From NCBI RefSeq assembly GCF_000012925.1, contig NC_007517.1, forward strand, positions 1,890,001-1,922,000: a DNA stretch of 32,000 bases, in the 5' to 3' direction. Positions 8,181-17,482 of this stretch are shown one piece after another. How positions within the stretch are numbered: the first letter of the stretch is position 1; each line of letters begins with the position of its first letter. Origin of the DNA: Geobacter metallireducens GS-15 (lineage in GTDB: Bacteria > Desulfobacterota > Desulfuromonadia > Geobacterales > Geobacteraceae). The position numbers and the translations under genes were made by a program. The notes below the pieces were generated by a model. That model searched no databases. It saw only the letters and a program-made list of their open reading frames with translations, and was not told where the DNA came from.

Positions 8181-9019
8181 TCTGCTTCATGTTTCCCGGC
8201 CAACCCCTGACCTTTGAAACAACGGTTCCCGACGATCCCGATTTCCGGCAGGCAACGGCACTGACCCTGGACCGGACTGGCCTTGACCTGGCTGACTCTG
8301 CCTTGCTCGGTGAGGGACTGACGGAGCATGTACGGCTTCAGGTCTACGGCGTAGCGATGAGCCTTTACCGCTGCCGGCGGTTGCGTCGTGAAGGGACGGT
8401 TCCCGCAATCATCGCCGAGCACAGCATGGGGATCTATCCGGCCATGGCCGCATGCGGAGCCCTTGACGACGGGGATGCCCTGGAATTGACGTGCCGCATC
8501 GGGGCCTGCATCGCTGCCATGGGGACACGGAGGTCCTACGCCCTCGGCTGCGTCACGGGACTCACCGCTGCCCCGCTCATGGCCGTGGCCGAAAACAACG
8601 GCGTCTTTCTGGCAAACTACAACACATCGCGCCATTTCCTCCTCTCCGGCGAACGGCGGAATGTGGAGGATGCCGTGGCCGAAGCGTTGAACAACGGCGC
8701 GTTTACGGCTCGAAGCTTCCCCTGCGATGCGCCGCTTCATTCGCCTCTTATGGAGGAGGTGGCCGGCGAGCTGCGGGAGGTTATCGGTGACTACCGTTTC
8801 CGGGAACCGGTGCTTCCGCTCATGAGCCACATTGACCAGGATTATCTTTCTGCTGCCGACCTGCCGGAGTTTCTGGTGCGGGAACTCTCGCTCCCCGTTT
8901 ACTGGGAGCGGACTTTCCAGGCGCTCTCCGATGCCGGTGTGAGCCGTTTCGTGGAGGTTGGCGTCGGCGATTCCCTGAAAAAGTACAACCGCTGGATTGC
9001 CAGCGAAGGGGGCAGGTGA
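8177..9019 (+). CDS. FabD-like acyltransferase (malonyl-CoA:ACP transacylase family)
   Basis: FMFPGQP start. Nucleophile elbow EHSMGIY (canonical form is GHSLGE; the Ser is retained). Downstream PLHSPLM matches the FabD AFHSPLM His motif. Confidence 0.75.
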   Translation: MICFMFPGQPLTFETTVPDDPDFRQATALTLDRTGLDLADSALLGEGLTEHVRLQVYGVAMSLYRCRRLRREGTVPAIIAEHSMGIYPAMAACGALDDGDALELTCRIGACIAAMGTRRSYALGCVTGLTAAPLMAVAENNGVFLANYNTSRHFLLSGERRNVEDAVAEALNNGAFTARSFPCDAPLHSPLMEEVAGELREVIGDYRFREPVLPLMSHIDQDYLSAADLPEFLVRELSLPVYWERTFQALSDAGVSRFVEVGVGDSLKKYNRWIASEGGR

Positions 9020-9447
9020 GGGGCGTGAGACACCATGAGACTCAGATAAAGGTGCGCTTCAACGAGATTGACGCCTACCGGGTCGCCTGGCACGGACACT
9101 ATGTTGCCTGGATGGAGGTGGGGCGCAGCGTGCTGGCTGAGCAGTTCGGCCTCGACGTGGAGAGCCTTGCCGCCGCCGGCTTTCTTGGGCCGGTGGTGAA
9201 TCTGGAGCTCAAGTACCTGCAGCCGGCCCTGCTCGGCGAAATGCTTACCGTCAGGACTTCCCTGGCGCGGGGTGAGGCGGCGACCCTGGAATTCCGCTGC
9301 ACCATCATCGGCAGTGACGGCAAGGTTCGCGCCCGGGGAAAGACCGTCCATGTCCTCACCGACCTTGACGGGGTGCTTCAGTACCAACTCCCGCAGGTCA
9401 TCGGCGAGCGGGTGGAGCGGATGCTCGCCTGGCAGGGGGGGCCATGA
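9016..9447 (+). CDS. Hot-dog fold acyl-CoA/acyl-ACP thioesterase (4HBT/YbgC family, ApeK-like)
   Basis: 143 aa. KVRFNEIDAYRVAWHGHYVAWME is the typical N-terminal catalytic-Asp region of 4HBT-type thioesterases. Confidence 0.8.
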   Translation: MRGVRHHETQIKVRFNEIDAYRVAWHGHYVAWMEVGRSVLAEQFGLDVESLAAAGFLGPVVNLELKYLQPALLGEMLTVRTSLARGEAATLEFRCTIIGSDGKVRARGKTVHVLTDLDGVLQYQLPQVIGERVERMLAWQGGP

Positions 9448-10847
9448 ACGTCCTGCTGGTTTCCGTCAACCGGGAACATGCCCCGTACCCGGTATTCCCC
9501 CTGGGGCTCGCCTGCCTGGCCGGGCCGCTCCGGGCCGCCGGCCACCGGCTGTCGGTCCTCGACCTCTGTTTCGCCGCCGATCCGGAAGAGGCCACCCGCC
9601 AAGCCCTGGCGGAGTTCAGCCCCGACGTGGTGGTGCTGTCGCTGCGCAATATCGACAACGTCACCTATCCGGGCTCCCGTTCGTACCTCTCTGGGGTCCG
9701 GGATGTGGTGGCCATCTGCCGGGAGAGGGCGGCGGTCGTCGTTGGCGGCTCCGGCTTTTCCCTGATGCCGCGGGAGGTCCTTGCTTATCTGGGAGCCGAT
9801 TACGGGGTGGTCGGTGAGGGAGAGGATGTCCTCCCCCGTCTCCTGGCGCGTATCGCCGCAGGCGAAGGGGGTGACGGGCTTCCCGGAGTTGTCGCACGGG
9901 AGAACGCTGGTTTTCTCCCTCCCCACCCGGTGCAGGCCATCGGCACACCGTTGCGCGGGTTGTTCCAGGTGGAGCGATACCACCGGGAGGGGGGGATGGC
10001 CAACATCCAGACCAAACGGGGATGCCCCTTCTCGTGCATCTACTGCACGTATCCCCTCCTGGAGGGGGAGCGGATGCGGCTTCGCCCGGTTGCCGACATC
10101 ATCGCCGAGATTGGGGATCTGGTGGACGTCCACGGGGTCAGCTACCTCTATTTCGTCGACGACATCTTCAACTATCCACTGGAGTTCGCCCTGGAGCTCT
10201 GCCGCGCCATGTCGGCGGCCCGGCTGCCGGTGGCCTGGTCGGCCTTCATCAATCCCGATTTTCTCCCGCCGCAGCTTCTGGACGCCATGCTGGCCGCCGG
10301 ATGCGACGCTCTCGAATTCGGTACCGATTCCGGTTCCCCGGTCATGCTCAGGAACCTGCGCAAGTCCTTCGGCATCGAGAAGGTTCGGGAGGCGTCCCGA
10401 CTCTGCCGGGAGGCCGGCGTCGATTTCGCCCACTACATCCTGTTCGGCGGGCCTGGGGAGACGCCGGCAACCATTGCCGAGAGTTTCGCCCTTATGGACG
10501 AAGTGGCTCCCACGGCGGTAATCGCCATGACCGGCATCAGGATATTCCCGGGGACGGCAATCTACCGACAGGCGCTGGCCGATGGTCTCATCACTCCGGA
10601 AACCGATCTCCTACGACCCGCGTTCTACATTGCCCCGACCATTGCCGACACTCTTTGCGAACTGGTGCGGGAGGAGGCGCTCAAACGGACCAACTGGGTC
10701 GTCCCGGGGTTGGAAATCACCGCCAACGATGCGATGCTGGAGGCGCTCCGGCACTTTGCCGGTCCCGGTCCCCTCTGGAAAATGCTCAAGCTTCTTGGCC
10801 GCCGCAGGGGATCTGTTCCTTCCCCTTGGAGCCACTCGCCCTCCTGA
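9444..10847 (+). CDS. B12-binding-domain radical SAM enzyme (class B), paralog B
   Basis: N-terminal B12-like domain (NVLLVSVNREHAPYPVFPLGLACLAGPLRAAGHRLSVLD...VVVLSLRN). Cluster motif TKRGCPFSCIYCTY. ATGA overlap with the thioesterase. Confidence 0.85.
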   Translation: MNVLLVSVNREHAPYPVFPLGLACLAGPLRAAGHRLSVLDLCFAADPEEATRQALAEFSPDVVVLSLRNIDNVTYPGSRSYLSGVRDVVAICRERAAVVVGGSGFSLMPREVLAYLGADYGVVGEGEDVLPRLLARIAAGEGGDGLPGVVARENAGFLPPHPVQAIGTPLRGLFQVERYHREGGMANIQTKRGCPFSCIYCTYPLLEGERMRLRPVADIIAEIGDLVDVHGVSYLYFVDDIFNYPLEFALELCRAMSAARLPVAWSAFINPDFLPPQLLDAMLAAGCDALEFGTDSGSPVMLRNLRKSFGIEKVREASRLCREAGVDFAHYILFGGPGETPATIAESFALMDEVAPTAVIAMTGIRIFPGTAIYRQALADGLITPETDLLRPAFYIAPTIADTLCELVREEALKRTNWVVPGLEITANDAMLEALRHFAGPGPLWKMLKLLGRRRGSVPSPWSHSPS

Positions 10848-10930
10848 TGCTGTACCCCTTCATTCTGGACTTTTCAGCCTGTGACCAGTAAAATACATCC
10901 TTTCACAAAGTCTTTATGCATGGAGCCAGC

Positions 10931-11668
10931 ATGGAATTCGCAGGTAATACCATTGTCGTGACCGGTGGTACCCGGGGTATCGGTCGGGCCATTGCCCTCC
11001 GTTTCGCCCGGGAAGGGGCCAGGGTGTTCGCGGCCTATCTCCGGAACGAGAACGCGGCCCGGGAAGTCGCGGCTGAAGCGGCCGGCCTCTCCGGCGAGAT
11101 AGTGACCCTGCAGGCCGACGTCAGTACCCAGGAAGGTGCCCAGGGGCTCATCGAAACGGCTGCCGCCTCGGGAACGATCGATATACTGATCAATAATGCC
11201 GGCATTATCCGCGACGGTTACCTGGCGATGATGGCGGACGACGACTGGGACGCCGTCATTCGCGGCAACCTCTACCCCCTTTTCCATTGCTGCAAGTGGG
11301 GGATACGGAAGATGATGGCCAACCGTCGCGGTGCCATCGTGAACGTCTCCTCCATCTCGGGCATTGCCGGCACCGCCGGCCAGACCAACTACGCCGCCAG
11401 CAAGGGAGGGATCATCAGCTTCACCAAGGCCCTCGCCCGGGAGACCGGTCCCATGGGAATCCGGGTGAATGCTGTCGTCCCCGGCCTGATCGAAACGGAA
11501 ATGATCGCGGGAATGAAGCGCGACATGGTCGACAGAATCGTCGCGGGGGCGGCGCTGGGGCGTCTCGGCACCACCTGCGAGGTGGCCGATGCGGTGGCGT
11601 TTCTGGCATCGGATCGGGCCACCTATATCACTGGCCAGAGCCTGGTGGTTGATGGAGGGATCCTGTGA
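10931..11668 (+). CDS. 3-oxoacyl-ACP reductase (SDR, FabG/ApeQ-like)
   Basis: TGGTRGIGRAIA cofactor motif, NNAG, and the S...YxxxK triad (NYAASKGG). The ORF track starts at 10916. ATG 10931 has a GGAG Shine-Dalgarno 5 nt upstream. Confidence 0.9.
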   Translation: MEFAGNTIVVTGGTRGIGRAIALRFAREGARVFAAYLRNENAAREVAAEAAGLSGEIVTLQADVSTQEGAQGLIETAAASGTIDILINNAGIIRDGYLAMMADDDWDAVIRGNLYPLFHCCKWGIRKMMANRRGAIVNVSSISGIAGTAGQTNYAASKGGIISFTKALARETGPMGIRVNAVVPGLIETEMIAGMKRDMVDRIVAGAALGRLGTTCEVADAVAFLASDRATYITGQSLVVDGGIL

Positions 11669-12870
11669 GCGCCGGCGTTGTCGCCATAACCGGACTCGGC
11701 ATCTTCTGTGGCGCAGGGAAGGATATCCCTTCCTTCACCGATGCCCTTATGAACGGGAAGAGCGGGGTCGCCCCTCTGGACCTCTTCGATGTCTCTGATT
11801 TCCCCTCCAAAATTGGCGTCCAGGTGAAGGAATACGATCCCCTTGACCACTTCGACCGGAAAGCTGTCTCCCGGCTCTCCCGGGCGGATCAGTTCGGCGT
11901 GATCGCCGCCGGCGAGGCCCTCCGGGCCAGCGGCATCGGCAAGCACTGCTCCCCCTATGACATGGGGGTCGTGGTGGGGGGAGGCGCAGCCGGGATGTTC
12001 CAGTCGGAGCAGTGGCTCAAGGAGCGCATTGCTGGCCGCAAGGGGCGGCCGAGTCTGCTCCGGGGTCTCCTTCCCGACAAGGCCTCCACGGTCATCGCCG
12101 AAACCTTCGGGCTTGCCGGCTACCAGGGGACCATAACCACCGCTTGCTCGTCGTCGGCCACCGCCATCGGCTGGGGGGCCGACCTGGTATCCTCCGGTCG
12201 CCTCAAGGCCGTGGTCTGCGGGGGGACGGACACTCTCTCCCTCCTCACCTTTGCGGGCTTCAACTCCCTGCGGGTCGTGGATCCCGAGCCCTGCTCCCCC
12301 TTCAGCCTTGGTCGCCAGGGGATTTCCCTCGGTGAAGGTGCGGCCTTCATGGTACTGGAGGACGCGGATGCCGCCCGGCAGCGCGGCGCAACGGTCTATG
12401 GCCACGTGCGAGGGTACGCGGCAGCCGGGGAAGCCTACCATATGACCGCCCCGGAGCCGTCGGGAACGGCGGCGGCCCGGGTGATGACCGAGGCCATGCG
12501 GATCGCGGGGATCGATGCTGGCGCGGTGGGGTGGGTCAATGCCCACGGCACCGGAACGCCGTTGAACGATGCGGTCGAATCGAAGGCGATGAAGCTGGTC
12601 TTCGGCGAGGGGGTCGCCAACGTCCCACTCGTCTCCACCAAAGCGCTTACCGGTCACTGCCTGGGTGCCGCCGGGGCCGTCGAAGGGGTGGCGACTGTCA
12701 TCGCCCTGAACGAGGGGATCATCCCTCAGACGTTGCACTTCCGGGGACGCGACCCCGAATGCGACCTGGATTACTGCCACGACGGCCCACGCGCCAGCGG
12801 GGCAACCGTCGCGCTCTCCAACTCGTTTGCCTTTGGCGGCAACATCACCACCCTGGTGTTATCCCGATGA
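11665..12870 (+). CDS. Beta-ketoacyl-ACP synthase (KS, FabF/ApeO-like) with complete Cys-His-His triad
   Basis: Active-site TTACSSSATAIG, AHGTGTPLND, KALTGHCLGAAG. GTGA overlap upstream and ATGA overlap downstream. Confidence 0.9.
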   Translation: MSAGVVAITGLGIFCGAGKDIPSFTDALMNGKSGVAPLDLFDVSDFPSKIGVQVKEYDPLDHFDRKAVSRLSRADQFGVIAAGEALRASGIGKHCSPYDMGVVVGGGAAGMFQSEQWLKERIAGRKGRPSLLRGLLPDKASTVIAETFGLAGYQGTITTACSSSATAIGWGADLVSSGRLKAVVCGGTDTLSLLTFAGFNSLRVVDPEPCSPFSLGRQGISLGEGAAFMVLEDADAARQRGATVYGHVRGYAAAGEAYHMTAPEPSGTAAARVMTEAMRIAGIDAGAVGWVNAHGTGTPLNDAVESKAMKLVFGEGVANVPLVSTKALTGHCLGAAGAVEGVATVIALNEGIIPQTLHFRGRDPECDLDYCHDGPRASGATVALSNSFAFGGNITTLVLSR

Positions 12871-13907
12871 AACCTGTGACCCATGACATAGTCGTCACCG
12901 GCCTCGCTGCCATCTCTGCGGCCGGGGTTGGCCTCGAAACCCTTGCCGCTGCGATCAGCGACGGACAGAGCCGCCTCCGTCCCGTTCCGGAAGACCTTGC
13001 CGGTGGAGGGCACCTGTGGGGGCCCGCGGACGGATTTCGCGCCGCCGACTTCATGCCCCCCCTCAAGGCACGGAAGTTTGACCGCTGCAGCCTGATGGCC
13101 GTGGCTGCCGCCGGCATGGCGCTGCGGGACGCCGTCCTCGACCTGAAGGGAGTCGATCCGACGCGGGTCGGCATCGTTTTGGGGTGCGGGTTCGGCGGCA
13201 TTGCCAACTCGGTCGAGTTCCTCAGCGGCTACTTCACCGGGGGGGTAGATGGCCTTTCACCGATGCTCTTTCCCAACACGGTGGCGAATGCCGCTGCCAG
13301 TAATGCCTCCATCGAGCATGGCATCCAGGGGCCCAATGTCACCTTTGTCCAGCGTTTCTGTTCGGCGGAGACAGCCCTGACGATGGGGTGCCGTTTCCTG
13401 GAAGAGGGGCGGGCGGACGTGATCATTGCCGGTGGTGTCGACGAGTTGAATGCCATGATGATCAGGGGATTCGACGCGATGAAGCAGCTTGGGAGCTACG
13501 CAGGGGGATTCGGCGAAGGGTGCGGCCTGCTGGTTCTGGAACGTCGGGACCATGCCGAGCGACGCAGGGCGCCGGTACGGGGGAGGATTGCCGGTATCCG
13601 GTCGGTGGGGCTCATCCTTCCCGGTGCCGAGGACGAGGGGGTCGCCCGACTTCTTCCCGAGAACCTCTCCCAGTACCGCATTTCCGTCTCCGGCACCGCT
13701 GACCTTTCTCCCCGGTTGATGGAACGGTTACCCGGTGCGCCTCAGCTCCAACTGCATCGTCTGACCGGCCGGTCGCTGGCTATGGGTGGGCTTGCCCTTG
13801 CGGCCCTGCTCCTTACGCTTCGGGAGGGGGAACAGGGCCTGCATCTGGCTGCTTCGCCGGAAGGCCCCTTCGTTGCCATCGAGATCAGCGGAGGCGCTCC
13901 TGTTTAA
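12867..13907 (+). CDS. KS-like partner subunit (chain-length-factor/ApeC-like), His-His lost
   Basis: Start taken at the ATG in the ATGA overlap (MKPVTHDIVVTGLAAISAAG). The ORF-track start at 12531 is an in-frame read-through of the KS 3' end. Thiolase-fold N-half with QRFCSAETAL (Cys kept). The positions aligned to AHGTGT and TGHCLG read SVSGTA and TGRSLA. Confidence 0.8.
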   Translation: MKPVTHDIVVTGLAAISAAGVGLETLAAAISDGQSRLRPVPEDLAGGGHLWGPADGFRAADFMPPLKARKFDRCSLMAVAAAGMALRDAVLDLKGVDPTRVGIVLGCGFGGIANSVEFLSGYFTGGVDGLSPMLFPNTVANAAASNASIEHGIQGPNVTFVQRFCSAETALTMGCRFLEEGRADVIIAGGVDELNAMMIRGFDAMKQLGSYAGGFGEGCGLLVLERRDHAERRRAPVRGRIAGIRSVGLILPGAEDEGVARLLPENLSQYRISVSGTADLSPRLMERLPGAPQLQLHRLTGRSLAMGGLALAALLLTLREGEQGLHLAASPEGPFVAIEISGGAPV

Positions 13908-14286
13908 TCCCAACCCCGAAGCATATCTCCCCCACCGCCGTCCTTTTCTCCTTCTCGACCGCATCGTGGCGCTCCAACCGGGCGAGACGGCCACGGCCGC
14001 CATCTCCGTGACCGGCGGCACGAGGCACTTCCCGGACGTGCTCCTTATCGAGGCGATGGCCCAGCTGGGGGGGATCGCCGCCGGACATGAGGAGGGGGAG
14101 GGGGGATTCCTGGCGGCTATCGATCGGGCCACGTTCATCGGTTCCGCCTCAGCCGGCGATCTGCTGGAGGTGACAGTCAGGGTGATCAAGTCCTTCGGTC
14201 GTCTCCACCTGCTGGAAGGGGAGGTTTCCGTTGAGGGGCGGGTGCTGGCCACGGCCGGCTTTACCCTCGGCATGGGGAGGATTTAG
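13873..14286 (+). CDS. Hot-dog 3-hydroxyacyl-ACP dehydratase (FabZ/FabA/ApeI-like)
   Basis: LPHRRPFLLLDRIV...GGTRHFPDVLLIEAMAQLGGIAAG is the FabZ-type His motif region. The start is uncertain. TTG 13873 has GGAAGG 8 nt upstream and gives about 137 aa. The ORF-track GTG 13786 would overlap the upstream gene by 122 nt. Confidence 0.75.
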   Translation: MPSRSAEALLFNPNPEAYLPHRRPFLLLDRIVALQPGETATAAISVTGGTRHFPDVLLIEAMAQLGGIAAGHEEGEGGFLAAIDRATFIGSASAGDLLEVTVRVIKSFGRLHLLEGEVSVEGRVLATAGFTLGMGRI

Positions 14287-14907
14287 ATGCGAAAAGTGAT
14301 ATCCACGGTAATGACGCTGACGCTGCTCCTCGTTCTGGCATGGGGGGGGAGTGCCGCGGCCCGGCAGATCGCGCCGGTGGAAGGGCTTGAGACGCTCCGC
14401 CGGAGTTTTGCCGGCATCACCGACTTTTCCGCCGACATCGTGCAGGAAAAACAGATCTCTCTCCTCAAGCGCAAAATGGTCAGCACCGGTACGGTCCGTT
14501 TCCGGAAACCGTCCCTCTTCTTCATGGAGCTCAACCCGCCCCGGGCAAGCAGACTCCTCCTGAACGACACGCAAATCACCCTTTATTTCCCACGGGAGAA
14601 GAGCACCAGCCAGATGGCGCTTCCTCCCGAACAGAGCCTGCAGCATTGGTTCACGTTCCTGGCGCGGCCGGTGACCAGCCTTCCGGACGGAGTCGATGTC
14701 AGGGCCGATCAGCAGGGTGACGCCCTTACCATAACCGTGATCCCCCGTAGCGGCGGGCAGGTGCGTGAGTTTGCCGTGACGCTGCTGACTGACGGAACCA
14801 TCAGGAAGCTGGTCATCAGCGAAAAGAACGGCGACCGGACTCTCATCACTTTCAGCCGGGTGCGCAAAAACTCCGGGCTGACGGATAAAGATTTTCGTAT
14901 AAATTAA
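14287..14907 (+). CDS. LolA-like outer-membrane lipoprotein carrier protein (ApeL-like), secreted
   Basis: Signal peptide MRKVISTVMTLTLLLVLAWGGSAAA. LolA-type pattern F.A..TDFSADIVQEK......K.MVSTGTVRFRKPSLFFMEL. The start abuts the previous stop codon. Confidence 0.75.
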   Translation: MRKVISTVMTLTLLLVLAWGGSAAARQIAPVEGLETLRRSFAGITDFSADIVQEKQISLLKRKMVSTGTVRFRKPSLFFMELNPPRASRLLLNDTQITLYFPREKSTSQMALPPEQSLQHWFTFLARPVTSLPDGVDVRADQQGDALTITVIPRSGGQVREFAVTLLTDGTIRKLVISEKNGDRTLITFSRVRKNSGLTDKDFRIN

Positions 14908-14938
14908 CCCCCCCTTCCTTCCAGGAGTCTCCCCACCC

Positions 14939-17482
14939 ATGCTGAACAGAGTAACCGGCGCGACCCAGTCCGCCATCAAACGCCACCTGTCCTGGATTTT
15001 CAGGGTAACCAGCACGCGGCCCGTGATGGTTTTTGCCGCGTTTGTTTTTTTTGTCGCTCTTTCAGTCGTCTCGATTCTTACCACTCGTTTCGAGGCCGAT
15101 GTCTTCAAACTCTTTCCGGCGCGCCAAGGGGCACTCCGTCTCTTCCTCGATTCCCTCCAGTGGACCGGTAGTGCCAACGAGGCCTATTTCCTGCTCGAAG
15201 GGGAGAAGGAGCGCCTCGTCCCGGAGGCCGAGGCGTTTGCCGGCCGACTGAAGGAGCTTCGGGTCGACGGGGCACCGGCCTTCCGCCGGGTCATCTACCG
15301 GATCTACGACCCGTCGGAGGCCAGGGCCTTTGCGGACTTCATCGGATATGCCGTGGTGCACCCCGGTTCTTTCCTCGAACCGGCGGATGTGCCGGCTTAC
15401 CTGGGGCGCCTGGCGCCGAAGGCCATGGACGAGGCCCTCCTCCGGACGGGAACGGAGCTGGCCAGCCAGGCCGGAGCCGGTCTGCGGGACCTGGTCGTGG
15501 CCGACCCCCTGGCCCTGCGGGATCTCGTAACTCCTCGGCTGAAACGGGGAAGCCAGGCTCTCGATCTGGACCCGAACTCCCCCTATTTCCTCTCCCGGGA
15601 CGGCCGAGTGCTGATCATCATTGCCGAGCCTGCCCGTCCGGTGCAGGACATGGTCTTTGCCCGGAAGCTGGCCAAGGGGATCAACCAGGCCAGGGAAGGG
15701 GCGCGGGTCCGGATATCCTGCGCCGGGGCCCACCTGTCGGCGGTCATCGACGAGGCGGCCATGAAGGGGGACATCCTCTCCTGCATCCTCTCGTCCCTTG
15801 TGGTGGTCCTGCTGCTTTTCTTCGCCACCTATCGGCGGGTGCTGCCGACGCTCCTTCTGCCAGTCATCATCGGGGGGGGCGTGGTGTTGGCCTTGGGGGT
15901 GGCCGGCGCCTTCCTTCCGTCGATCCATATCATCTCCTTCGCTTTCATGGCGCTCATCATCGGCCTCGGCACCGACTATTCGGTCCACCTCTATGACCGT
16001 TATCACATGGAGCGCTGCGCCGGGCTGACGCCGGAAGAGGCCCTGCGGCTCGCCGTCACCGACACGGGACACGGCATCTTCACCGCCGCCACAACTACTG
16101 CCATGCCGTTTCTCACCCTGGCCATCACCGACGTGCGGGCACTCTCTGAACTGGGTATCCTGGTGGGACTCGGGGTGCTCTTTTCCCTCTATACGACCTT
16201 GTTCCTCCTGCCGCCTCTGCTTCTCTTCATGGAGCGCCTGTCGCCCCGTTTTGTCTACCGGCCGCTTCCCGGCTTCGGCCTGGCCGCACTCTGGCGGGGT
16301 AGCCGTCGCCGGGGCCGGCTGGTGAAAGTGGTGTCGATTCTCGCCGTGGCGGCTTTCTGCATCATGGCCTGCTATACCACCTTCGAGGGGGAGCTGAAGA
16401 ACCTCCAGCCGCGTCATTCCGAGGCGTTCCTCACCCAGGAGAAGATCGAGCGGCACCTGAGCCTGAGTCCGAAACAGATGCTGGTGGCGGTGGAGGGTAA
16501 AGACCTTGGCGATGTGCTGGCACGGGGGGCGCGGGTTGATCTCCTTGTGGAGCGTTACCGTCAACGGGGAGAGCTGGCGGCTTTCTCCAGTCTGGGCCAG
16601 CTGGTTAACGACGACACGGCGCGTGCCGAGGTTTCACGTCAGATCGACCAGGGCCTTGCGGGGAGGGATCCGGGCAGGGCGCTCAAGGATGCTTTGGAGC
16701 GGCAAGGGTTTGCGGTGGAACCGTTTGAAGGGACCATCGCCGGCCTTGTCTCCCTCCGGGGAAATGGGTCCTCATTGTCAACCGAAGCAATTACCCGGCT
16801 TGCCGCATCGCCGCTCAAGGGGGCCGTGGACCGGCACCTGATCAGAGATGCTGCCGGTTACCACCTGCTGGTCCACCTTTTCTACAAAGGGGCTGAATTT
16901 CCCCAGGATGCCTTCCTGAAAGAACTGTCGGCCATCGACCCGTCGGCCCGTGCCACCAGCGTCGATCTGGTGAGTCGTCAGCTGGCTGCCGACGTGAAGC
17001 AGAGTTTTCTCTGGGGATTTGTCATTGGCGGGGCACTGGTGATCTTTCTCCTCCTCTCCCATTTCTCCTCGATGCTGGGACTATTTGCCTCTTTCTATCC
17101 AGTTTTCGCAGGCATTGCCGCCATGCTCGGCATCATGGCCGTCAGTGGCATGGGAATCAATTTCATGAACGCCATGGTCCTGGTGACGATTCTTGGCATG
17201 GGGAACGACTACGGAATGCACATAGCCCACCGAGTGGAGGGGAAGGACGAGCCGGAGCGGGAGTTCGTGCAGGCCGGCCGGGCGGTGCTCCTGTCGGCCC
17301 TCACCACCATCGCCGGCTTCGGCTCCCTGGCCTTTGCCGACTACGGAGCCCTTGCCTCCATCGGCTGGGCCACCAACTACGGTGTCGGGGCCACCATGAT
17401 TTTTGCGCTCGTGTCGCTTCCCGCGTTTCTCGTGGCGGGACGGCGGCGATCTCCGGCCCCTGGCAGGGAGATACGCCCATGA
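14939..17482 (+). CDS. MMPL/RND-superfamily membrane exporter (ApeM-like)
   Basis: 847 aa. Two repeats of a multi-TM bundle, each with an MMPL-type GxGxDY motif (GLGTDYSVHLYDRY and GMGNDYGMHIAHRV), separated by large soluble loops. Confidence 0.85.
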   Translation: MLNRVTGATQSAIKRHLSWIFRVTSTRPVMVFAAFVFFVALSVVSILTTRFEADVFKLFPARQGALRLFLDSLQWTGSANEAYFLLEGEKERLVPEAEAFAGRLKELRVDGAPAFRRVIYRIYDPSEARAFADFIGYAVVHPGSFLEPADVPAYLGRLAPKAMDEALLRTGTELASQAGAGLRDLVVADPLALRDLVTPRLKRGSQALDLDPNSPYFLSRDGRVLIIIAEPARPVQDMVFARKLAKGINQAREGARVRISCAGAHLSAVIDEAAMKGDILSCILSSLVVVLLLFFATYRRVLPTLLLPVIIGGGVVLALGVAGAFLPSIHIISFAFMALIIGLGTDYSVHLYDRYHMERCAGLTPEEALRLAVTDTGHGIFTAATTTAMPFLTLAITDVRALSELGILVGLGVLFSLYTTLFLLPPLLLFMERLSPRFVYRPLPGFGLAALWRGSRRRGRLVKVVSILAVAAFCIMACYTTFEGELKNLQPRHSEAFLTQEKIERHLSLSPKQMLVAVEGKDLGDVLARGARVDLLVERYRQRGELAAFSSLGQLVNDDTARAEVSRQIDQGLAGRDPGRALKDALERQGFAVEPFEGTIAGLVSLRGNGSSLSTEAITRLAASPLKGAVDRHLIRDAAGYHLLVHLFYKGAEFPQDAFLKELSAIDPSARATSVDLVSRQLAADVKQSFLWGFVIGGALVIFLLLSHFSSMLGLFASFYPVFAGIAAMLGIMAVSGMGINFMNAMVLVTILGMGNDYGMHIAHRVEGKDEPEREFVQAGRAVLLSALTTIAGFGSLAFADYGALASIGWATNYGVGATMIFALVSLPAFLVAGRRRSPAPGREIRP

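Noticed and set aside
12531-12866. Upstream in-frame extension of the CLF-like ORF given by the ORF track (start 12531)
   Set aside because: The extension is an alternative frame of the KS 3' end and gives an Arg/Gly-rich nonsense sequence. The ATG at 12867 forms an ATGA overlap with the KS stop and yields the typical KS-family N-terminus (IVVTGLAAISAAG).
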